From positions 463,510-527,509 of the forward strand of contig NZ_JBLXFX010000001.1 of the NCBI RefSeq assembly GCF_048261495.1: a stretch of 64,000 nucleotides of DNA, written 5' to 3'. This document shows positions 1 through 8,842 of the stretch, one piece after another. Source of the DNA: Salipiger sp. Lineage in GTDB: Bacteria > Pseudomonadota > Alphaproteobacteria > Rhodobacterales > Rhodobacteraceae. The translations under genes and the position numbers were made by a program. The notes under the pieces were generated by a model. It made no database searches. It was not told where the DNA came from and was given only the letters and a program-made list of their open reading frames with translations. Every line of letters starts with the position of its first letter. Within the stretch, counting starts at the first letter, position 1.

Positions 1-932
1 GCATGATCACCTATCCCTCGACCCACGGCGTGTTCGAGGAGACGGTGAAGGAGGTCTGCGCGATCACCCACGAGCACGGCGGGCAGGTCTATATCGACGG
101 GGCGAACATGAACGCCATGGTCGGGCTGTCGCGGCCCGGCGACCTCGGCGGCGACGTGAGCCACCTGAACCTGCACAAGACCTTCTGCATTCCGCATGGC
201 GGGGGCGGGCCGGGCATGGGGCCGATCGGGGTCAAGAAGCATCTCGTTCCGCACCTGCCGTCGCATCCTCTGTCAGGCGAGGGGCCGGGTCCGGTTTCGG
301 CCGCGCCCTACGGCTCGCCCTCGATCCTGCCGATTTCCTGGGCCTACGTGCTGATGATGGGCGGCGAGGGGCTGGCGCAGGCGACGCGGGTGGCGATCCT
401 CAACGCCAACTACATCGCCAAGCGGCTGGAGGGCGCCTACGAGGTGCTCTACACCGGCCATGCGGGCCGGGTGGCGCATGAGTGCATCCTCGACGTGCGC
501 CCCTTCGAGAAATCCGCGGGCATCACGGTGGAGGATATCGCCAAGCGGCTGATCGACAGCGGTTTCCACGCGCCGACCATGTCCTGGCCGGTGGCGGGCA
601 CGCTGATGGTGGAACCGACCGAGAGCGAGACGAAGGCCGAGCTGGACCGCTTCTGCGACGCCATGCTGTCGATCCGCGAAGAGATCCGCGCCATCGAGAC
701 GGGCAGCATGGACGCCGGGAACAATCCGCTGAAGAACGCGCCGCACACGATGGAGGACCTCGTGCGCGATTGGGACCGGCCCTACACCCGCGAGCAGGGG
801 TGTTTCCCGCCGGGTGCGTTCCGGGTGGACAAGTACTGGCCGCCGGTCAACCGCGTGGACAACGTCTACGGCGACCGGCACCTGGTCTGCACCTGCCCGC
901 CGATGAGCGACTACGCCGAAGCGGCGGAGTGA
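1..932 (+). CDS. gcvP: glycine dehydrogenase (decarboxylating) GcvP, C-terminal ~309 aa; 5' end lies outside the window
   Basis: ORF 3..932 is open to the window edge. The translation has the PLP-lysine region [25 protein letters not shown] and the conserved GcvP C-terminus. Confidence 0.95.
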   Translation, partial: MITYPSTHGVFEETVKEVCAITHEHGGQVYIDGANMNAMVGLSRPGDLGGDVSHLNLHKTFCIPHGGGGPGMGPIGVKKHLVPHLPSHPLSGEGPGPVSAAPYGSPSILPISWAYVLMMGGEGLAQATRVAILNANYIAKRLEGAYEVLYTGHAGRVAHECILDVRPFEKSAGITVEDIAKRLIDSGFHAPTMSWPVAGTLMVEPTESETKAELDRFCDAMLSIREEIRAIETGSMDAGNNPLKNAPHTMEDLVRDWDRPYTREQGCFPPGAFRVDKYWPPVNRVDNVYGDRHLVCTCPPMSDYAEAAE

Positions 933-950
933 CGGCGCACCCCGCGCCGG

Positions 951-1000
951 CGAGGGGCGCTGCCCCTCGCGCTCCCCGGGATATTTCCGGCCAGAAGAAG
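951..1000 (+). repeat. REP-like intergenic element, copy A (hairpin CGAGGGGC-GCT-GCCCCTCG plus tail CCCCGGGATATTTCCGGCCAGAAGAAG)
   Basis: Shares the GC hairpin and tail with copies at 32907, 38600, 57736 and 57801. Lies between the convergent stops of gcvP and the IMPase gene. Confidence 0.75.
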
Positions 1001-1020
1001 GCAGAAGACCGGGAAGGGTG

Positions 1021-1908
1021 TCAGGCCTTCGCGGTTTCGTCGGGCGCGTCGAGCAGGAAGGATAGCACGTCGCGCACCCGGCCCCATGTGGCAGCGTCGG
1101 AGGCGGCGAGCAGGTAGCCTTCTCGGGTCTGGGCCCGGTAGTCCGAGCCGTCGAGCATCGCCACGTGGCCGCCGGCGCATTTGCCGATCAAGGCCCCGGC
1201 GGCGTGGTCCCAGGGGGTGAGCTTGGCGGAGATCATGAAATCCACGTGGCCCTCGGCGAACATGCGGGCCTCGTGCGCGGTGCAACGGATGGAATAGGCG
1301 CGCTCGAAGCGGGGCAGGACGGCGGCGAGTTGCGCCTGCTTGTCCTTGGGGAAGTTGTAGAGGCCGATATAGCCCGAGAGGTCTTCGACCGCACCGCCGG
1401 CGGAGACGGACACCGTCCGCCTGATGCGGCGCTTGGGCATGATCATCTCGGCGCCTTCGCCGTCCTGCGCGACGATGAAGTCGTCCATCACCGGATCGTA
1501 GAGCAGCCCGAAGACCGGCACGCCGAAGCGCAGCGCGGAGATGATGACGCCGAAGACGCTGAGCCCGTGCGCATAGTTCCAGGTGCCGTCGACCGGGTCG
1601 ATGGTGAAGGCCAGTTCCGCCTCCGGGATGCCGTCGAGGACCTCGGGATTCACCGAGACGTTCTCTTCGCCGATGATCAGCGCATTCGGGAACAGGGTGA
1701 CGAGGCCGCGGGCGATCATCGCCTCGGCGGCACGGTCGGCTTCGGTCACCAGGTCCTGGCGCGAGGTCTTTTCCCCGATGTCGGCCGCGTCCAGCTTGCG
1801 GAAGCGGGGCATGATCTCGGACCGCGAGGCGCGGCGGACGAGGTTCATGATGCTGGTGCGCTGGGCGCGCGACAGCGTCGAGATCGTCATGGGGAGGGAA
1901 TCGGTCAT
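1021..1908 (-). CDS. inositol monophosphatase family protein
   Basis: ORF 1021..2109 trimmed to the ATG at 1908 (MTDSLPMTIS...). The upstream extension overlaps the permease gene and is not protein-like. Motifs EADRAAE, IDPVDGTWNY and WDHAAG fit the IMPase/SuhB fold. Confidence 0.85.
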   Translation of the reverse strand: MTDSLPMTISTLSRAQRTSIMNLVRRASRSEIMPRFRKLDAADIGEKTSRQDLVTEADRAAEAMIARGLVTLFPNALIIGEENVSVNPEVLDGIPEAELAFTIDPVDGTWNYAHGLSVFGVIISALRFGVPVFGLLYDPVMDDFIVAQDGEGAEMIMPKRRIRRTVSVSAGGAVEDLSGYIGLYNFPKDKQAQLAAVLPRFERAYSIRCTAHEARMFAEGHVDFMISAKLTPWDHAAGALIGKCAGGHVAMLDGSDYRAQTREGYLLAASDAATWGRVRDVLSFLLDAPDETAKA

Positions 1909-1978
1909 CGCATCTGGGGTCCGTGGCTGCCAAGGGTCGGCCATGGCTTGCCAGCCCCGGCCCCGGGGATCAAGGCAC

Positions 1979-4504
1979 CTATTCGCGTGCGCGCAGCACA
2001 CGGGCGGGCTTTGCCGCCAACGGGCGCCATGCAAAGGCGAAACCGGCGAGCAATGTGGCAACCACGCCGCCGGCGACGATGCCGAGGGCGGAGGACCAGA
2101 TCGGCGCATAGGTGGTGTCCATCAGGAAGGTGCAGACGGCCCAACCGCCGAGGCTGCCCGCGACGAGCGCCACGCCCCCTGCCGCGGCGCCGAGCAGGGC
2201 CGAGCGCAGGGCGAAGCTCTGCAGGATGCGGGCGCGGCTGGCGCCGAGCGTCTTGAGCACCGCGGCTTCGTAGGTCCGGGCGCCTTCTCCGGCGGCGGCG
2301 GCGCCGATCAGCACGAGGAAGCCGGTCAGCAGCGTGGCCGCGGCCCCCCAGCGGATCGCGCCCGCGATGCCTTCGAGCAGCACGCTGATGCGGTCGATGG
2401 CATCCTTGACCCGGATGGCCGTGATGTTGGGATAGGCGTCGGCCAGGTCGCGCAGGATGCGGGCCTCTGCCTCGGGGGCGGCGTAGACGGTCGAGATGAA
2501 GGTGTGCGGGGCACCCTGAAGGGCGGCGGGGTCGAGGGTCATCACGAAGCCGATGCCGGCGGTGGAGAAGTCGACCTCGCGGAAACTGGTGACGGTGGCG
2601 GTGATGTCCCGCCCGAGGATGTTGACGGTGATCGTGTCGCCGAGGTTCAGGCCGATCTCTTCGGCCTCCTCGGCGGCAAAGCTGACCTGCGGCGGGCCGT
2701 CGTAATCCCGGGGCCACCATCGGCCGGCGGTGACGCGCGTTCTGGAATCGGGCTGCGCCGCGTAGGTGATGCCGCGGTCGCCGCGCACGACCCAGTGATC
2801 GCCCGCCACGTCCTGCGCCCGCTGCCCGTTGATCCGGGTGACAACGCCGCGCAGCATGGGCGCGGTGTCGACGCGGCTGACGGCGGGGTCCGAGGCCAGC
2901 CGATCGAGGTAGCCGTCGATCTGGTCGGGCTGGATGTCGACGAAGAAATAGGAGGGAGCGACATCGGGCAGGTCGCGGCTGATCGCGGTGCGCAGATTGC
3001 CGTCGATCTGGCCGATGGCAGAGAGGACCGACAGGCCGAGCCCCAGCGACAGCACCACGGAGACGGCGGTTTCGCGCGGGCCGCCGATCGCGCCGAGGGC
3101 CCAGCGCAGGGCGGGGCGGCCGCGCGAGGCCGGCATGGCACGGCGGGCAAGCGCCCGGACGCCGATGGCGGCGAGCGCGAGGATGACGAGGGAACCGAGG
3201 ATGCCGCCGGCCATCCAGAGGGCGATCATGGCGTTGCCGGAGAACACCGCGGCGACCCCCACCAGCAGGGCGAGCAACCCGAGGGTGATCACCACGAAGC
3301 GGGTGGCGGGCAGGGCGCGGCCGCTGTCCAGCGCCTCGCGGAAGAGGCTTGCGGCACGCACGTCCTCGGTCCGGGCGAGCGGCCAGAGGGTGAAGATCAG
3401 CGCGGTCAGCAGGCCGTAGACGGCCGCTTCGACCAGCGGCAGCGGGTAGAGCGAAAAGACCACCGGCACCGGGAGCGCCGCGGAGATCACCGGCGACAGG
3501 GCCATCGGCACGGCAGCCCCGAGGATCAGGCCGAGTGCGATCCCCAGAAGGCTAAGCGCGCCGATCTGGAGGAAGTAGGTCTGGAAGATCGTGGCGCGGT
3601 CCGCTCCGAGGGTCTTGAGCGTCGCGATGACCGGCGTCTTGCGTGCGAGGTAGGCGCGCACGGCGGAGGAGACGCCGATGCCGCCGACGGCCAGTCCGGA
3701 CAGCCCGACGAGGACGAGGAAATTCCCCAGACGCTCGACGAAGCGGGCGATCCCGGGGGCGCCGTTGCGCGCATCCCGCCACCGGATGCCCTGTCCTTCG
3801 AACCGCGCCTCGGCCTCGGTCTCGAGCGCGTCGAGATCGGCGTCGGGCGGCAACAGGAGTCGGTATTCGGTTTCGAACAGCGATCCCGGTTCGAGCAGAC
3901 CGGACCCGGCGAGATCGCCGGTCCGCACCAGCGTCCGGGGGCCGAGGCCGAAGCCGTCGCCGGCGTCGTCGGGTTCGGTCACGATGGTCGCCGACAGGGT
4001 GAAGGTGGCGGAGCCGAGCCGGAAAGTGTCGCCGGGGGCGAGGGCCAGCCGGTCGGCGAGCACCTTCGCCATCACGGCACCGGGATGCGCACCGCCTGCG
4101 AGCGCCTCGTCGAGCGGCATCGGCGGATCGAGCAACATGGTGCCGAGCAGGGGATAGGCGTCGTCGACGGATTTGATCTGGGTAAGGCCGCGCTCGGTCC
4201 GGCCGTCGCGCACGACGGTGGCCATGGACCGGAAATCGGTGACTTCGGACACCTTCGTTGCGAGGGAGTCGAGGAAGGCGCGCTCGTCCTCGGAGGCGAA
4301 CCGGTAGGTGAAACGCGCCTGCGCATCGCCGCCGAGCATGACCGCGCCCTGTTCCGACAACCCTTCCTGAATCGCCGAGCGGACGGACCCTACCCCGGCG
4401 ATGGCCGCGACCCCGAGGGCGAGGCAGGCGATGAAGATGCGGAAACCGCGCAATCCGCCCCGCAGCTCCCGCCCGGCGAAACGGGCGGCCGTGGCCAGGC
4501 TCAT
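1979..4504 (-). CDS. ABC transporter permease, FtsX-type double domain (YbbP-like)
   Basis: 841-aa ORF with two FtsX-like membrane modules separated by large loops. Its start overlaps the ATPase stop by 4 nt (ATGA at 4501..4504). The synteny with the ATPase and tesA matches E. coli tesA-ybbA-ybbP. Confidence 0.9.
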   Translation of the reverse strand: MSLATAARFAGRELRGGLRGFRIFIACLALGVAAIAGVGSVRSAIQEGLSEQGAVMLGGDAQARFTYRFASEDERAFLDSLATKVSEVTDFRSMATVVRDGRTERGLTQIKSVDDAYPLLGTMLLDPPMPLDEALAGGAHPGAVMAKVLADRLALAPGDTFRLGSATFTLSATIVTEPDDAGDGFGLGPRTLVRTGDLAGSGLLEPGSLFETEYRLLLPPDADLDALETEAEARFEGQGIRWRDARNGAPGIARFVERLGNFLVLVGLSGLAVGGIGVSSAVRAYLARKTPVIATLKTLGADRATIFQTYFLQIGALSLLGIALGLILGAAVPMALSPVISAALPVPVVFSLYPLPLVEAAVYGLLTALIFTLWPLARTEDVRAASLFREALDSGRALPATRFVVITLGLLALLVGVAAVFSGNAMIALWMAGGILGSLVILALAAIGVRALARRAMPASRGRPALRWALGAIGGPRETAVSVVLSLGLGLSVLSAIGQIDGNLRTAISRDLPDVAPSYFFVDIQPDQIDGYLDRLASDPAVSRVDTAPMLRGVVTRINGQRAQDVAGDHWVVRGDRGITYAAQPDSRTRVTAGRWWPRDYDGPPQVSFAAEEAEEIGLNLGDTITVNILGRDITATVTSFREVDFSTAGIGFVMTLDPAALQGAPHTFISTVYAAPEAEARILRDLADAYPNITAIRVKDAIDRISVLLEGIAGAIRWGAAATLLTGFLVLIGAAAAGEGARTYEAAVLKTLGASRARILQSFALRSALLGAAAGGVALVAGSLGGWAVCTFLMDTTYAPIWSSALGIVAGGVVATLLAGFAFAWRPLAAKPARVLRARE

Positions 4505-5193
4505 TCCGCGGCCCTCATCCGGGCGTCATCGACGCGCCCGTCCCGCAGCCGGACGACCCGGTCGCAGCGCTCGGCGAGGGTGTTGGAATGGGTCACCAGC
4601 ACCAGCGTCGCGCCGTGCCGGTCGCGCAGTCCGAACAGCAGGTCCATGATCGCGGCGCCGTTCGGGCCGTCGAGATTGCCGGTCGGTTCGTCCGCCAGCA
4701 GGATGTCGGGCCGCGGCGCAGAGGCCCGGGCCAGCGCGACGCGCTGTTGCTCGCCGCCGGACAACTGGGCGGGATAATGGCCGGACCGCGCCCCGAGGCC
4801 GACCGACTCGAGTTCGGCGGCGGCGCGGTCGAAGGCATCGCGATGACCCGCCAGTTCGAGCGGCGTGGCGACGTTCTCCAGCGCGGTCATCGTCGGGATC
4901 AGGTTGAACGACTGGAAGACCACGCCCATGTGATCGCGCCGCAGCCGCGCCAGCCGATCTTCGTCAAGCCGGGTGACATCCTGACCCAGCACCGATACCC
5001 TGCCGGAGGTCGCGGTTTCGAGCCCTCCCATCACCATGAGGAGCGAGGATTTGCCGGAGCCGGACGGGCCGATGAGGCCGATCGTCTCGCCTCTAGCAAC
5101 GTCAAGGCTTATGCCGTGGAGGATTTCGACCGGTCCGGTATTGCCCATCAAGGTGAGAGTGACATCTTCGAGGGCAATGGCGGTATCGGGCAT
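4501..5193 (-). CDS. ABC transporter ATP-binding protein (YbbA-like)
   Basis: Walker A GPSGSGKSSLL, signature LSGGEQQRVALARA, Walker B ILLADEPT. Start set at ATG 5193 (MPDTAIALEDV...); ATG 5211 is an alternative. The ORF-track start at 5334 lies inside tesA. Confidence 0.9.
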   Translation of the reverse strand: MPDTAIALEDVTLTLMGNTGPVEILHGISLDVARGETIGLIGPSGSGKSSLLMVMGGLETATSGRVSVLGQDVTRLDEDRLARLRRDHMGVVFQSFNLIPTMTALENVATPLELAGHRDAFDRAAAELESVGLGARSGHYPAQLSGGEQQRVALARASAPRPDILLADEPTGNLDGPNGAAIMDLLFGLRDRHGATLVLVTHSNTLAERCDRVVRLRDGRVDDARMRAAE

Positions 5194-5209
5194 GGAGAGC
5201 GTTCCGGAC

Positions 5210-5881
5210 ATGAAAACTTTGTACCCATATGGGGTCTTTACGAGGCTGAGCAAGGTCGCGGCACTGGTGATTGCGGGGGCGGGCGCCGCTTCGGCGGAGC
5301 CTGTGGACCTGCTGGCCTTCGGTGACAGTCTCACGCAGGGGTACGGCCTCGTGGACGGCGAAGGCTTCGTGCCGCAGTTGCAGGCGTGGCTGCGGGAGCG
5401 CGGTCACGATGTCACGATCGTGAACGGCGGTGTGTCCGGTGACACGACCTCGGGCGGGTTGTCACGGGTGGACTGGTCGCTGACGCCGGAGATTGACGCG
5501 ATGATCGTGACACTCGGTGGAAACGATGTGCTGAGGGGGCTGCCACCGGAACTGACGCGCTCCAACCTCGACGGAATTCTCGAGGCGGCCGAGGCTCGCG
5601 GGGTCGAGGTCCTGCTCGTCGGTCTCGTGGCGCCGGGGAACTACGGGCCGGATTTCGCGGCCTCCTTCGACGCGATCTACCCCGACCTATCCGAGAAACA
5701 TCATACCCTGTTCTATCCGGATTTCTTCGCGGCACTGAAGGCCGAAGGCACCTCTCCGGAGGCGATGGCAAGGTTCATGCAGGGAGACGGGCTGCATCCG
5801 TCGGCAGAAGGCGTGACGCGGATCGTGGACGGGATCGGACCGTTGGTGGAGGAACTGCTGGAGCGCGCGGACGCGGAGTAG
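5210..5881 (+). CDS. tesA: SGNH/GDSL arylesterase-lysophospholipase (TesA-like), secreted
   Basis: Blocks LLAFGDSLTQGYG, GGNDVLRG and DGLHPS. Signal peptide ...VIAGAGAASA-EP. ATG at 5210 lies inside ORF 5036..5881. Divergent from the ABC pair. Confidence 0.85.
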   Translation: MKTLYPYGVFTRLSKVAALVIAGAGAASAEPVDLLAFGDSLTQGYGLVDGEGFVPQLQAWLRERGHDVTIVNGGVSGDTTSGGLSRVDWSLTPEIDAMIVTLGGNDVLRGLPPELTRSNLDGILEAAEARGVEVLLVGLVAPGNYGPDFAASFDAIYPDLSEKHHTLFYPDFFAALKAEGTSPEAMARFMQGDGLHPSAEGVTRIVDGIGPLVEELLERADAE

Positions 5882-5883
5882 CG

Positions 5884-6090
5884 TCAGTGACGCGCGTCGG
5901 CGAGGTGCGGATCCGGGTGCGCGAAGAGGGACTTCATGCCACAGGCAACGACGGGGAGAAGGCCGATGCCCAGGGAGGCCAGCAGGTAAACACCCGCAGC
6001 CGACATGAGCGACAGGTCCAGGAAAACCCAGCCAATCAAGGCAAAGAAGAAGCCGAGAACACTTCCCAGCAATAGTGCGATCACTGCCAT
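5884..6090 (-). CDS. small hypothetical membrane protein (68 aa, two hydrophobic helices)
   Basis: ATG at 6090 is preceded by GGGAGGA at a 4-nt spacing. The sequence is strongly hydrophobic. I do not recognise a family. Confidence 0.45.
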   Translation of the reverse strand: MAVIALLLGSVLGFFFALIGWVFLDLSLMSAAGVYLLASLGIGLLPVVACGMKSLFAHPDPHLADARH

Positions 6091-6233
6091 GCGATCCTCC
6101 CTGCTTGAATTGTACCTAGCGTCGATCAGCTACGAAATCGTTAATGCCGGTCAACTCGGGCAGGAATGTGTCAGCGGGCGGGCGGAAATGGAGCAGATTC
6201 GGTCAAGTGGATTGAATAGGCTATACAAATGAG

Positions 6234-6262
6234 AAGCGGCGCCCGGATCATGGGCGCCGCTT
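6234..6262 (-). terminator. intrinsic terminator downstream of the L,D-transpeptidase gene
   Basis: 11-bp stem AAGCGGCGCCC / GGGCGCCGCTT with a 7-nt loop. On the minus strand it is followed by CUCAUUUGUAU and starts 21 nt after the stop at 6283. Confidence 0.5.
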
Positions 6263-6282
6263 TCACGTCATCTTGTGCGGAT

Positions 6283-6840
6283 TCAGAGAACGGTGACCGG
6301 GGTTCCCACCGGCACGCGTTCATAAAGATCCATGACATGTTCATTGATCATGCGGATACAGCCGTTGGAGACAGAATGGCCGATGCTGGCAGGCTCGGTC
6401 GTGCCGTGAATGCGGTAGAAGGTGTCGCGACCGTTCTGAAACAGGTACAATGCGCGCGCCCCGAGCGGATTGCTCTCGCCCCCGGGTTGAACGTAGTCGT
6501 TGTTGGCGAAGCGCCCGTAGTGGGCGGGGTCCCGCTCGATCATCTCCTGGGTCGGACGCCAGGTCGGCCATTCCTTCTTGACCTGGATGATGGCCTTTCC
6601 GGAAAATTCCAGACCCGCCTTTCCGACGCCCACGCCGTAGCGGATGGCGCGGCCCGGTTCGGTCACGAAATAGAGGAAATGCGCGCGCGGCAGGATCAGG
6701 ATCTGGCCGGGCGCCAGATCGGCTTTCATCCGGACCGCCTGCGGCCGGAATTTCGGCTCGACTTCGAAGGCCAGGGCAGGCGACGCCAACAGGGCGGTGC
6801 CCGCGGCGGCGGTGGCGACAAATTGACGGCGGGTGATCAT
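6283..6840 (-). CDS. L,D-transpeptidase (YkuD domain), Tat-exported
   Basis: Catalytic motif HGTTEPASIGHSVSNGCIRM. Start trimmed to ATG 6840, giving the twin-arginine signal MITRRQFVATAAAGTALLASPALA. Confidence 0.9.
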   Translation of the reverse strand: MITRRQFVATAAAGTALLASPALAFEVEPKFRPQAVRMKADLAPGQILILPRAHFLYFVTEPGRAIRYGVGVGKAGLEFSGKAIIQVKKEWPTWRPTQEMIERDPAHYGRFANNDYVQPGGESNPLGARALYLFQNGRDTFYRIHGTTEPASIGHSVSNGCIRMINEHVMDLYERVPVGTPVTVL

Positions 6841-7188
6841 TGGCAACTCTCGAATTTCAGATTGGCAGCTTGTGCATTGTCTTCGCGAAACGCAGGGAAT
6901 CAATGAAGAGTTTCATCATAACACGGTGACGATGGCGCCAGGGACACATATTCCCCACGCTGAATTTGACGGTGAGACCGGTAGTGAGGGAGCCCGGAGT
7001 CCCGTTCGACGGTGTCCGGAGGGGCCCTCACGCCAGCCGGCCCCGGAGAATCCGTCCTGTTGTCAGGACCTTGCCCCGCCCTTCATACCCGCCCGCCGCA
7101 CTGCCCCGGGGATTCGGTCAGGAGGCAGGCCGCGCGCCCGGCGGACCGGCGCGATTCCGGAGGCGACGATGCGTCGCCGAAACCGCGC

Positions 7189-7827
7189 TCATTCCTTCGG
7201 CGCGAGGGCGTTGCGCCCTGCCAGCATGACGCTGATCGTGTAGGCCTTCTGAGGCGTGAGTCCCGCCATGATCGAGGCCGCGGCATCCGCCCGCATCCGG
7301 CCGAGGAAACCGGCGGCAAATTCCGGATCCATCTCTTCGAAAAGCGCGGCGGCCTGCTTGGGTTTCATCGTCGCATAGACATCGGTCAGCCGGGCGACGT
7401 CATCCTCTGCCGCGCTGTCGGCAATGGCGAGGGTCGCGCGGAGTTTTTCCTCCGCCTTGCGCATCGCTTCCATCTTCCGGTCGATCTCCGCCTCCGCGAG
7501 GCTGAGCGCCTGGAGTCTTGTCTGCAAGGCCGTTTCCCGCTTCGCGACCCGGTCTTCCCGAGTTTTCAATGCTTCGAGCAGGGGCGCGATGTCGGCATCC
7601 GCGGCGCAGTTTCCGACCATTCCCGGAGCGGCGGCGCCGTGCTCCGCCGCAAGCATGGGTTCTGACGAATGCTCGCCCGAGGCGGGGGTTTCCAGGGCAT
7701 TGGCCGCCCCCGTCCCGATCACGATGCGCACCAGCGCCGAAGCGATCAGCAGACCGCCCAGCACCGACAGCACGCCGCGCGGCTTGCGGGGACCGGATGT
7801 CTTTTTTCCGAAGGAAAACAGCTTCAT
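7189..7827 (-). CDS. motE: MotE-like flagellar motility protein (MgtE-N-like / coiled coil)
   Basis: N-terminal TM helix, a coiled coil, and a C-terminal ...MKPKQAAALFEEMDPEFAAGFLGRM... region as in MotE/FlbB-type proteins. Last gene of the fliL operon. Confidence 0.65.
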   Translation of the reverse strand: MKLFSFGKKTSGPRKPRGVLSVLGGLLIASALVRIVIGTGAANALETPASGEHSSEPMLAAEHGAAAPGMVGNCAADADIAPLLEALKTREDRVAKRETALQTRLQALSLAEAEIDRKMEAMRKAEEKLRATLAIADSAAEDDVARLTDVYATMKPKQAAALFEEMDPEFAAGFLGRMRADAAASIMAGLTPQKAYTISVMLAGRNALAPKE

Positions 7828-7829
7828 CC

Positions 7830-8186
7830 TCAGGCCCCCTTGCGTGCATTCCGGAAGAACACCGGCTCACCCGGATCTTCGGGACGCGGGGCGCTGCCGC
7901 CGGCGGGAAGATCGTGCATCGACGCGATCATGAGTTCCAGCCTGTGCGCGACATCCTCGGCCCGGCCGGTGAGATCCTCCAGCGACTCGGTGGAAGTGTT
8001 CGCGGATTTCCGCGCCGCTTCGAGCGTGCGGGTCAGATCGTCGACCTGCGCCGACAGCACGGCAACGGCCCCTCCGACACCCTTTTCGAGGTCCGTGAAC
8101 CGCGACAACCGGCGGGACAGGACGAAACAGTAGAAGCCGGCGCCAAGGGCCCCGGCGGCGAGCAGGATATCGGCTATGAATTCCAT
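7830..8186 (-). CDS. hypothetical flagellar-cluster membrane protein (DUF6468-like)
   Basis: 118-aa ORF with one N-terminal TM helix. Packed between fliL (11-nt gap) and motE (2-nt gap). SD GAAGGGG lies upstream. Confidence 0.6.
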   Translation of the reverse strand: MEFIADILLAAGALGAGFYCFVLSRRLSRFTDLEKGVGGAVAVLSAQVDDLTRTLEAARKSANTSTESLEDLTGRAEDVAHRLELMIASMHDLPAGGSAPRPEDPGEPVFFRNARKGA

Positions 8187-8197
8187 CCCGGACCCCT

Positions 8198-8731
8198 TCA
8201 GTTCAATACGAATTCGGCGACCAGAAGGTCGCGCACGCGCCCTTCTCCGGCCACCAGCTGGATGCGTCGCAACATCTGCGACCGCAGTTTGATGAGCGCG
8301 CCCGGCGATTCGATATCGCGCGGCTCGAGCGCCCTGAGATAGCTGTTCAGGACATCGAGGATCCTCGGCTGAAGCAGCTCGACATCGGCGAGATAGGTCT
8401 TGTCCACTTCGAGATTCGCCTGGAAGCGCAGGTGGTGCATGTCGTTCACGGACCCGAGCGAGGCGACAAGCGTCGGGAGTTCGAGAAAGGCGACATTTCC
8501 CAGCGGTTCGAGGGGCGCGCCGGTGCCGTGTCCGTCGGCCGGGGCACCGTGCCCGTCCTCGGCCGCGGCCTCATGCGCGCCGCCGAAGGGCAGCAGCCCG
8601 GAGGATGCGGCGTAGAACCCCCCGCCACCGCCCAGAACGGCAAGCACGAGGCCGATGATCAGCGGCATCTTTGAAGATTTCTTCTTCGGTTCCTGGTCGT
8701 CGCCTGCGGCGTCGGCAGTGGCGTCGCTCAT
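8198..8731 (-). CDS. fliL: flagellar basal-body-associated protein FliL
   Basis: Single TM helix followed by the FliL C-terminal pattern ...LRFQANLEVDK...LQPRILDVLNSYLRAL...LRSQMLRRI. ATG 8731 has GAGG 7 nt upstream; GTG 8737 is an alternative. Confidence 0.85.
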   Translation of the reverse strand: MSDATADAAGDDQEPKKKSSKMPLIIGLVLAVLGGGGGFYAASSGLLPFGGAHEAAAEDGHGAPADGHGTGAPLEPLGNVAFLELPTLVASLGSVNDMHHLRFQANLEVDKTYLADVELLQPRILDVLNSYLRALEPRDIESPGALIKLRSQMLRRIQLVAGEGRVRDLLVAEFVLN

Positions 8732-8777
8732 GGACACACCTCATTCCTGACATGCGATCCTTATAGACCGTCACAGA

Positions 8778-8792
8778 CTAACTGATTGTTAA
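8778..8792. promoter_or_regulatory. candidate CtrA-type box CTAA-N7-TTAA in the divergent fliL/fliF promoter region
   Basis: CTAACTGATTGTTAA lies in an AT-enriched 105-nt divergent spacer and is one mismatch from TTAA-N7-TTAA. CtrA control of flagellar genes is established in Rhodobacterales and Caulobacter. Confidence 0.3.
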
Positions 8793-8842
8793 GTCTGATC
8801 GTCCAAAGATGACCCCACCGAGCAGAAGGTTCGGAACGGAGG

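Noticed and set aside
1909-2109. N-terminal extensions of several track ORFs: 1021..2109, 6283..6903, 26417..27367, 33670..34956, 36186..37778, 52338..53735, 53847..55601 and 58548..59345.
   Set aside because: The extensions are Arg/Pro/Ala-rich and overlap neighbouring genes or promoter regions. Internal ATG codons are followed immediately by family-typical N-termini or signal peptides, so the genes were trimmed to those starts.
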